From: Patescibacteria group bacterium
GTDB taxonomy: Bacteria; Patescibacteriota; Minisyncoccia; Moranbacterales; UBA9337
Assembly (NCBI GenBank): GCA_042569905.1
Contig: JBHPHA010000004.1
Coordinates: 1 to 63,303, forward strand
Direction: 5' to 3'
DNA length: 63,303 nt
Shown here in pieces: positions 57,020-63,303 of the stretch. The first letter of the stretch is position 1. Every line of letters starts with the position of its first letter. The notes under the pieces are model-generated. The model did no database searches. It was not told where the DNA came from and worked only from the letters and a program-made list of their open reading frames with translations. Both the position numbers and the translations under genes were made by a program.

Positions 57020-58174
57020 TTATTTTAAAAGAATATCTTTATGTTTTTTCGCAATCGATTCCCAAGAATACTTTTCAACAAATTCACTTGCTTTTCTCGC
57101 TAATTCCCTATTTTTCTCCTCGTCTTTCAAAAGCTCAATCACTTTTTCAGCAAACACATCCATATCATTCTCCTGAACCTGAACAGACTTATCCTCAAAT
57201 ATCTCCTCATAAACTGACAGATTCCAGGAAACCACAGGAGTACCGCAAGCCATAGCATCCGCAACTGCAATTCCGAAACCTTCTTCATGAGAAGGAAAAA
57301 TAAACACGTCACTCTTCTTTATTATTGAAAAAGACTCATCATTCTCAATAAATCCCAAAAGATTAATGTTTTCAGTCAATTCACTTTCCTGTATCAACTT
57401 TTTCAATTCCTCTTTTGTCTCATCACTACCACCACCAATTACTGCCAATTTTGCCTCGGGTAATTCTTGAACAACACGCTTCCAAATCTTAATCAAATCA
57501 AGGATACCCTTACTAGGATTAAGTCTGGCCAAAAAAGATCCTTGGTATTTCTTTGTGTCTTCTTGCACTTCCAAGTTCTTAAGATATTCCAAATTTATTC
57601 CTGGAGTATTAATCACAATATTATCACCATCGAATCCGTTCCTTCTCAACTCCTCTCCCACTTCATGATTAATATTAACCACAGTATCCGCCTTCTTAAC
57701 CAAACACAAAGAGGCTTTTTGAAAGTATTGAGCTAAGAAATTAATCACCTTATTCCCTGGACGAGTCTTCCAGTCAGGGTAGATATGGAATACACATTGA
57801 ACCCATCTTGTTTTTGGATAAATCAACTTATACAGAAACAAAGGGACTACATCTGGAAAAAAGTCAGACCCACCATAAACAACTCCAGCCTTTTCACCAA
57901 ACAAAACACCAAGTGACTGAATTGTTCTCAGCACATAATTAACTCCCAATGGCAGTTTGTCAAAAACTCTTTCCGAAACGTGGAAATCAACGTCATCCAC
58001 ACCACCATCTTTAATAACCTTTTTTCCATCAACGTTGGTATAGCAATGCATTTCACCAAACTCACTCCTGATTCTCTTGAAGATTTGAATAAGCATCTGA
58101 TCTCCTCCACTCATCCCCTTTCCATTATTCCAAAAGGCATTTAAAAATATAATAATATTTCTATTTTTCGTCAT
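57020..58174 (-). CDS. Glycosyltransferase family 4 (GT-B)
   Basis: ARLNPSKG and FPSHEEGFGIAVADAMACGTPVV (E-x7-E). The start is ambiguous, at either ATG 58172-58174 or 58202-58204. Both overlap the gmd tail. Confidence 0.8.
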   Translation of the reverse strand: MTKNRNIIIFLNAFWNNGKGMSGGDQMLIQIFKRIRSEFGEMHCYTNVDGKKVIKDGGVDDVDFHVSERVFDKLPLGVNYVLRTIQSLGVLFGEKAGVVYGGSDFFPDVVPLFLYKLIYPKTRWVQCVFHIYPDWKTRPGNKVINFLAQYFQKASLCLVKKADTVVNINHEVGEELRRNGFDGDNIVINTPGINLEYLKNLEVQEDTKKYQGSFLARLNPSKGILDLIKIWKRVVQELPEAKLAVIGGGSDETKEELKKLIQESELTENINLLGFIENDESFSIIKKSDVFIFPSHEEGFGIAVADAMACGTPVVSWNLSVYEEIFEDKSVQVQENDMDVFAEKVIELLKDEEKNRELARKASEFVEKYSWESIAKKHKDILLK

Positions 58175-59243
58175 TACTATTTTCTTTTTCTTTTTTATCT
58201 TCATTATCTTTTTCTAACTCCTCTTTGTCAGAATCCACCATCATCTTCACCAAGTCCTTCACATCAACATTCTTTGATAATCTCTCAAGGTCAGCATCCA
58301 TCATCATCTTCACCAGCTCCTCAAAGCCAACTTTTGGTTTCCATCCCAATTTTTCTTGAACTTTATCTGACTTTCCTTGAAGAGTATGAAGCTCAGCAGG
58401 TCTCTGGAATCTTGGGTCAAGCGTTACATATTTCTCCCAATCCTTAATTCCAACATGGTTAAAAGCAACATCCAAAAAGTCTCTAATTGAATGTGTTTCT
58501 CCAGTTGAAAGAATATAGTTATCAGCTTCCTTTTGCTGTAGCATAAGCCACATCGCTTCAACGTAATCTCCTGCAAAACCCCAATCCCTCTTACTATCTA
58601 AATTTCCAAGTCTAATTTCTTTAGCCAATCCCAATTTAATCCTTGCAACACCATCAGTAATTTTTCTAGTCACAAATTCAATTCCTCTAATTGGAGACTC
58701 GTGATTAAACAAGATTCCATTTGCACAATACATTCCATAGCTCTCCTTATAGTTCACCGCAATCCAATATGCATACAATTTTGCAATAGCATATGGACTT
58801 CTTGGATGAAATGGAGTTTTCTCAGTTTGAACACCATCGTCACTACTATTTCCAAACATTTCGCTAGTTGAAGCCTGGTAGAACTTTGCGTTTGGAGCAA
58901 AACTCTTAATCGCATTCAGCAAATACAAGGTACCAAAGGAATTAATTTCGGTAGTAGCCTTTGGCTGATCCCAAGATGCTCCAACAAAAGATTGAGCAGC
59001 TAAGTTGTAAATCTCATCAGGTTGAACTGTTTTAACAATATTATTCAAAGAACATTCATCAGTCATATCACCTGTCAAGAAGTTAATCTTCTCGGTCACA
59101 CCAAGATAATCCGTATTTTCAAAATTAGGATTAGAGTACCTTCTGATCAACCCATACACCTCATAATCTTTTTCCAATAAAAGTTTTGCAAGATATGGTC
59201 CATCTTGTCCGAGTATTCCCGTAATAAGCGCTTTCTTTTTCAT
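58161..59243 (-). CDS. gmd: GDP-mannose 4,6-dehydratase with a duplicated, acidic C-terminal extension
   Basis: KKALITGILGQDGPYLAKLLLEKDYEV.GLIRR, STSEMFG, YAIAKLYAYW, LFNHESPIRG, RDWGFAGDYVEAMW. Confidence 0.95.
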   Translation of the reverse strand: MKKKALITGILGQDGPYLAKLLLEKDYEVYGLIRRYSNPNFENTDYLGVTEKINFLTGDMTDECSLNNIVKTVQPDEIYNLAAQSFVGASWDQPKATTEINSFGTLYLLNAIKSFAPNAKFYQASTSEMFGNSSDDGVQTEKTPFHPRSPYAIAKLYAYWIAVNYKESYGMYCANGILFNHESPIRGIEFVTRKITDGVARIKLGLAKEIRLGNLDSKRDWGFAGDYVEAMWLMLQQKEADNYILSTGETHSIRDFLDVAFNHVGIKDWEKYVTLDPRFQRPAELHTLQGKSDKVQEKLGWKPKVGFEELVKMMMDADLERLSKNVDVKDLVKMMVDSDKEELEKDNEDKKEKENSNDEK

Positions 59244-59371
59244 ATTGTCTTTTAAATTAATATTCTTTTTAATTACTTACATCTATGAGTCATTACAACT
59301 GCTCTGTAATGTATTTAATTCTATCATAAAACTTTCTTTTTTGTAAATTTTTTACCTAAAACATACATCTA

Positions 59372-59400
59372 TTGACAAAATACTATTTATACGATACAAT
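59372..59400 (+). promoter_or_regulatory. Near-consensus sigma70-type promoter
   Basis: TTGACA (59372-59377), 17-nt spacer, TACAAT (59395-59400). 60 nt upstream of the ATG at 59460. Confidence 0.6.
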
Positions 59401-59459
59401 AAACAGTCACTAAAGAAGTTTTTTAACAACACCATAAAACTCAAAAGAAGGAAAGATTG

Positions 59460-59828
59460 ATGAAAGAATTAATAGACACATTAACGTGTATTTTATTCCT
59501 GACCCCTGAACTTATGCTCGGACTCTTGTTTGCAGTATCGCTCGTTGCTTTGATTATCGATAGAGATACCACCCACGTCCAAATAGTAACATGCTTATAC
59601 ACTTTTCCAATAATACTCCTAGCGTACAATCAGGATTTCGTGACCTTCGTATCCTTTTCTTTAGCGTTAAATTTAACATTTTGTGCTTTGGATACATACT
59701 CAGCTCCAAGTGAATGTGAATCTACGGCGTATTTTTACACAAAATCATTCATTGTGTCTGTAGTCGGGCTCTACTCTATTTTCTATTTATTAAGACAGTT
59801 GAGCGACTTCGCCTTAGCAGTAATCTAA
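59460..59828 (+). CDS. Hypothetical small membrane protein (about 4 TMs)
   Basis: 122 aa from ATG 59460 (the track start is TTG one codon upstream). SD aaggaaag. Its own promoter and terminator. Confidence 0.5.
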   Translation: MKELIDTLTCILFLTPELMLGLLFAVSLVALIIDRDTTHVQIVTCLYTFPIILLAYNQDFVTFVSFSLALNLTFCALDTYSAPSECESTAYFYTKSFIVSVVGLYSIFYLLRQLSDFALAVI

Positions 59829-59856
59829 CTAAACAAGATGATACTGTAAAACAACA

Positions 59857-59888
59857 AACCCAGGAAGCCAAACGGTTCCTGGGTTTTT
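59857..59888 (+). terminator. Rho-independent terminator
   Basis: 9-bp stem acccaggaa/ttcctgggt (59858-59866/59876-59884), then ttttt. Confidence 0.75.
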
Positions 59889-59904
59889 ATTATCCCCCAA
59901 TAAT

Positions 59905-60723
59905 CTAATCTTTCTTCTTTCTAAAAACAAACACTACCCCTACTAATCCTCTCAGAAAATACATTCCAAACGTTAAACATGGATAAGCAAGTAACTTTCT
60001 CCATTTTCCATTTTCCACGAATATTCCAAAAAACCTATAACCAATTCCAAACTGCTTTTTCAAATCCGCATCATCCTTCCCCCACTTAGAAATATAGTCA
60101 TCAAACTTTTGAGAATAATATCCTTTTTTCTTCAAATAAAATCCCAATTCAAACTCAGCCTCATTATGAAAGATTGGGGTTTTCACTAATTCTAATTTAC
60201 CAATTCCCCTTAATTTCTTGTCCAAATCCCAATCTTCAGGACCAGTCAAATTCTCATCGAATCCTTCAACCTCCAAAAAACTTTCTTTTTTAATAAACCT
60301 CGCGCAATCAACAACAGTTGCGTCATAGAAACTTCTTTCAAATCTTCGTACCTTACTAAAAAACTTCTTCCCTGTCACAATTTCTGAAACATATAGTCCA
60401 ATGATTTCATCATCATTCTCAATTTTTTTCACACAATCAAAAATCACGTCATTATGAAGAATCATATCTGCGTCAAGATACATAAAATAATCCCCACTAG
60501 ACTTCTCTACCCCAAAATTTCTTTGAGCTGACCTCTCTGGTCCTTTATCAAAAATCAAATCAGTATATTCCTTTGCAATTTCCTTCGTCCTATCATCAGA
60601 CTGATTATCCACTACAATAATTTCAATCTGATCTTGAGGATAAGTCTGCCCTTTAATCGACCTCAAACAATTACCAATATTCTTCTCTTCATTTTTCGTT
60701 GTGATTATAACCGAAACCAACAT
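59905..60723 (-). CDS. GT2 glycosyltransferase with a hydrophobic C-terminal segment
   Basis: MLVSVIITTKNEEKNI, VVDNQSDD, YLDADM, PEDWD. Confidence 0.85.
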   Translation of the reverse strand: MLVSVIITTKNEEKNIGNCLRSIKGQTYPQDQIEIIVVDNQSDDRTKEIAKEYTDLIFDKGPERSAQRNFGVEKSSGDYFMYLDADMILHNDVIFDCVKKIENDDEIIGLYVSEIVTGKKFFSKVRRFERSFYDATVVDCARFIKKESFLEVEGFDENLTGPEDWDLDKKLRGIGKLELVKTPIFHNEAEFELGFYLKKKGYYSQKFDDYISKWGKDDADLKKQFGIGYRFFGIFVENGKWRKLLAYPCLTFGMYFLRGLVGVVFVFRKKKD

Positions 60724-60784
60724 TTATTTATTTCTTTAAGAATTACAAAACCATTTCCCCTATTATACCTCATCCTCCAAGAAA

Positions 60785-60817
60785 ACAAAAAAACGCTTCT
60801 GGATTTTTCCAAAAGCG
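60785..60817 (-). terminator. Rho-independent terminator of the M23 operon
   Basis: Stem cgcttctgg/ccaaaagcg (8 of 9 bp), followed on the minus strand by tttttttgtttt. Confidence 0.75.
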
Positions 60818-60849
60818 CTTGCTTTTTAACTATTCACTGAAAAATAAAT

Positions 60850-61182
60850 TTATTTCACATCAATTGAACTTATTCCTTCAACTCCGTATTGATCACAAAC
60901 TCCATTACCTATAATAGTAACAGTTTTACCCTGATTGTATGCTAGTAATAGAGTGGATGTCCAGAGTTTTCCTATTCCTGTATCAGCATCATCATAGGCG
61001 AACCAATCACTAGTCGAACAAGATGTGTAACTATCCCCAAGAAAAACAGAATTTCTTGTTACTCCGTTAATTTCTTGAAGTCTTAATGTCAAGACAACAC
61101 CTTCATAGCTTGAAGCAAATGCAGAACCTGCCATTAACAATAAAGCAAACGTAACCGCCACTAAAGTAGTTATTTTTTTCAT
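60850..61182 (-). CDS. Hypothetical small secreted protein (110 aa)
   Basis: Signal peptide MKKITTLVAVTFALLLMAGSAFA, two Cys, strong SD aaggagg. Confidence 0.6.
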   Translation of the reverse strand: MKKITTLVAVTFALLLMAGSAFASSYEGVVLTLRLQEINGVTRNSVFLGDSYTSCSTSDWFAYDDADTGIGKLWTSTLLLAYNQGKTVTIIGNGVCDQYGVEGISSIDVK

Positions 61183-61194
61183 TTTACTTCCTCC

Positions 61195-62565
61195 TTAATC
61201 AAAAAGAATTAGATTAATGATCGACATGACTCCATCGTCAGTCGCCGGACCTTCGGGTCTAGACACGTAAAAAACTTTTTCCGCAAAACAATTATCTGAT
61301 TCGTGAATCTCATCCACATTTCCAATTCCATTGTTTTGATCCGCAATTCTATCCGCACAAACTACGATATTGTAGTAATTGCCTGGTTCAATAGATTCTT
61401 TATTTAAAAGAATAAGTCTATCTTCTTCGTGCTTAGGATTATCATCCATTTCTAGGTTATATTTTTGAATATCATCAATCCCTACACGTTCCCATTCACT
61501 ATGAAGATCTTCTTTGCGACCCTGAGAAAGGTAATATCTCACCTCAATGGAATCATGAATTCCATCATCCCAATCAGCATCACCAATATTATCAATCCAT
61601 GCGTGAATATACATCTCCTCAGACTTATCCCACACATACTTCTCTTCGCCTGATAACGTTTTAAGTTTTACGTCCGTCACAACGAAATTAGGCTGAGTAA
61701 AATCCCCACCTTGACTACCAGATCCCTCACCTCCTCCATCTATAGCACTGTAAGCTGAAACATCAAAAGGAAGACATAGCGGACTATTCTCCAGAACACA
61801 CATTTCATAGTATGTTAAATCACCACAAGTAGGGTCAAGCGTCTTTATGCATAGCTCCGAATACCAAGGATTATCCATAGTTATTGGATTATTTTGACTT
61901 ATTCCCCCACGAGAAATCCAGTTATCCGGAACATGATGAGCCATAAACCAAATAGGGTCTATAAGTCCATTATCAACGTAGCCATCATCCTTTTCTCCAT
62001 AATCTGACAAAGGAGCTTTTCCATATGATGATGTTCCAACTGGCACCTTTAAGCCTGGGGACAATATTCCAAAGTGAAGATGATCACCTGTACCCTTCCA
62101 ATCTCCAACTACACCAATCTTATCTCCTGCCTTAACCTTTGCACCTGTTGCAACTGCATCCTTCTTATTAGCATGACCATAAATCGCATAAAAAAATCTC
62201 CCATCACTAAGTCGATGCTCAATAATGACACCGATGTTGACAGTGTCTCCGTCTGTCCATCCATTCACACTCGGAGATTTCACTATTCCATCTGCAACAG
62301 CATAAATCTCATCATCCTTATCATATGGATCACTTGGATTTTTCTGCTCTGCTTTTATATCTACACCTATATGATAAACATTGTCAAAATATTCATCTGG
62401 CTGAGCAAGCCACCTCCCAGTAAATATTGGATTGGAATTCTCATCATAATTTTTCACAGGATAATGAAAACCTGTAGAAAACATATACTCAGCTTGCGCA
62501 CTTGGCAGAAATACAGCCACCATAAATCCAATCAAAAGAATTCTAAACAACACTATTCCTCTCAT
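61195..62565 (-). CDS. Secreted M23 (LytM-type) metallopeptidase with a C-terminal beta-sandwich-like domain
   Basis: HIGVDI (HxxxD) and GDHLHFGI (HxH). Start set to ATG 62563-62565, preceded by aaggagga, giving the signal peptide MRGIVLFRILLIGFMVAVFLPSAQA. Confidence 0.85.
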   Translation of the reverse strand: MRGIVLFRILLIGFMVAVFLPSAQAEYMFSTGFHYPVKNYDENSNPIFTGRWLAQPDEYFDNVYHIGVDIKAEQKNPSDPYDKDDEIYAVADGIVKSPSVNGWTDGDTVNIGVIIEHRLSDGRFFYAIYGHANKKDAVATGAKVKAGDKIGVVGDWKGTGDHLHFGILSPGLKVPVGTSSYGKAPLSDYGEKDDGYVDNGLIDPIWFMAHHVPDNWISRGGISQNNPITMDNPWYSELCIKTLDPTCGDLTYYEMCVLENSPLCLPFDVSAYSAIDGGGEGSGSQGGDFTQPNFVVTDVKLKTLSGEEKYVWDKSEEMYIHAWIDNIGDADWDDGIHDSIEVRYYLSQGRKEDLHSEWERVGIDDIQKYNLEMDDNPKHEEDRLILLNKESIEPGNYYNIVVCADRIADQNNGIGNVDEIHESDNCFAEKVFYVSRPEGPATDDGVMSIINLILFD

Positions 62566-62633
62566 AAGCCATCCTCCTTCTTTGCTTGCGGGTAATTCCA
62601 AATACCCATTTAAATATAAAAGATCCACACAAT

Positions 62634-62685
62634 AAATACCCTAAGTTATTACCAACAATTTCCTGATAATAACTTTCGGGTATTT
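62634..62685. other. Interrupted 17-bp intergenic hairpin
   Basis: aaataccc/gggtattt (62634-62641/62678-62685) encloses aagttatta/taataactt (62643-62651/62667-62675). No T-run on the minus (transcribed) strand. Confidence 0.35.
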
Positions 62686-62703
62686 ATTTTTAAATATTAG
62701 AAT

Positions 62704-63303
62704 TTACTCAACAGGTTGAAGCGTCTGCATAACCCCAAAAAAAGCGGAAGAAACGTATTTAGAACCAGGGATATCATTAGTTCCCTCTTCAGCAATATCT
62801 ACAATATTATTTCCCAGCTTAAATACTATGCGCCGCGTAGCCTGAACTGAATACAATCCTTTTGTATTGGCAATATTAACATAATGAAAATCAAGCATAT
62901 TCAATCTTTCTTGCCTTTCCCTTACAACCTTAACAAAGTCATCCTCCGTGAACTTACCTAAAGCCAAGCCAACCCCACAAACATCTTTCTCTCCCTCAAA
63001 GTAAAACTTTTCAATACTACTCTTCAAACAAAGCCTTCCACTTCCATCATCTTCAACGTACCATTCACTAGGAATTTTAAACTTTATTCCATACTTTTCA
63101 TTTTCATATACTTTCCAGTCACTAGTATCAACCCCTGGAACAATATATTCTTCCACTTCCTCGGCAATATCATTTATTGTTTCTTTTTGACTTACATCTT
63201 CCGAAACATCCTTAGTTTCAACACCTATTAATTCCCTCCCAACTTTTTCATCACACTGATTTTTCCAAATCAAAAGACTAGCAATAATTACAATCACCAA
63301 AGT
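62704..63303 (-). CDS. Hypothetical membrane-anchored protein, 5' end outside the window
   Basis: The frame is open to the window edge. Hydrophobic N-terminal segment, then a soluble domain (..WKVYENEKYGIKFKIPSEWYVEDDG..). Confidence 0.5.
   Translation of the reverse strand, partial: TLVIVIIASLLIWKNQCDEKVGRELIGVETKDVSEDVSQKETINDIAEEVEEYIVPGVDTSDWKVYENEKYGIKFKIPSEWYVEDDGSGRLCLKSSIEKFYFEGEKDVCGVGLALGKFTEDDFVKVVRERQERLNMLDFHYVNIANTKGLYSVQATRRIVFKLGNNIVDIAEEGTNDIPGSKYVSSAFFGVMQTLQPVE

Noticed and set aside
58175-58204. The upstream-extended start of the GT4 gene (MKIKKKKKIV..). Also the extended track starts of secF (to 1231), mreB (to 28877), the GT2 at 51982 (to 52980) and the M23 peptidase (to 62628).
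   Set aside because: The extensions overlap upstream genes or terminators. They encode poly-Lys or hydrophobic junk and are not preceded by initiation signals. Internal ATGs give canonical N-termini, and for M23 an SD plus a signal peptide.
1-63303. Alternative genetic code (UGA as Gly or Trp, codes 25/4) as a global explanation for the two in-frame TGAs.
   Set aside because: Dozens of long conserved genes (secA at 885 aa, mrdA, the GT-C proteins and others) are uninterrupted under the standard code. TGA also terminates ORFs at 8031, 20164 and 20481, with only short non-homologous continuations. Any recoding would have to be local.
1-63303. A search for tRNA, rRNA, tmRNA, RNase P RNA, reverse transcriptase/DGR, retron, integrase, transposase or phage structural genes.
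   Set aside because: No cloverleaf-compatible GC-rich segments or T-loop-like GGTTCGAAT motifs occur in intergenic DNA. No ORF shows RT (YxDD), integrase or transposase signatures. This scan was by eye only, so small or divergent RNAs could have been missed.

Overview
This is an AT-rich, gene-dense bacterial chromosome segment with about 60 protein genes, mostly on the minus strand. I found no rRNA, tRNA, CRISPR array, integrase, transposase or reverse transcriptase. The gene content suggests a small-genome Patescibacteria/CPR-like organism, by inference only: SecDF/SecA, MreBCD-PBP2, LCP, an S41 protease, three Nudix hydrolases, many glycosyltransferases, many orphan small genes and mostly Shine-Dalgarno-less starts.

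Layout:
- 1-8 kb: secF-secD, two Nudix genes, a DHH phosphoesterase and secA.
- 8.7-16.8 kb: envelope genes (Ctp, GT2, LCP, GT4, O-antigen-ligase-like, GT4).
- 16.9-20.7 kb: dus and rarA, flanked by orphan small-gene islands.
- 20.8-28.9 kb: isopentenyl phosphate kinase, a Nudix-like gene, then an mreB-mreC-mreD-mrdA-polyprenyl synthase-ispG string.
- 29-35 kb: GT2, M50 protease, rpmB, three orphan genes and a SpoIID-like protein.
- 35-61 kb: a large surface-glycan super-locus. It holds two UDP-sugar dehydrogenases, UDP-xylose synthase, a CDP-3,6-dideoxyhexose pathway, gmd, three giant GT-C-like membrane proteins, four GTs and a methyltransferase.
- 61-63 kb: an M23 peptidase operon.

Most noteworthy observations:
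1. SecD carries an inserted parvulin PPIase domain that appears circularly permuted.
2. A homologous ~35-aa C-terminal tail is appended to two unrelated enzymes of the dideoxyhexose pathway (RfbF and RfbH).
3. An archaeal-type IPK sits next to a Nudix-like gene, IspG and a prenyl synthase.
4. A family of GTCAT(C/T)C-type palindromic mini-elements occurs in a 542-bp intergenic region. One copy is inserted in frame in a coding sequence and is flanked by 7-bp direct repeats.
5. Two genes contain in-frame TGA codons.
6. Gene starts split sharply into SD-less and strongly SD-led classes.

All functional calls come from motif recognition by eye. No database search was run.
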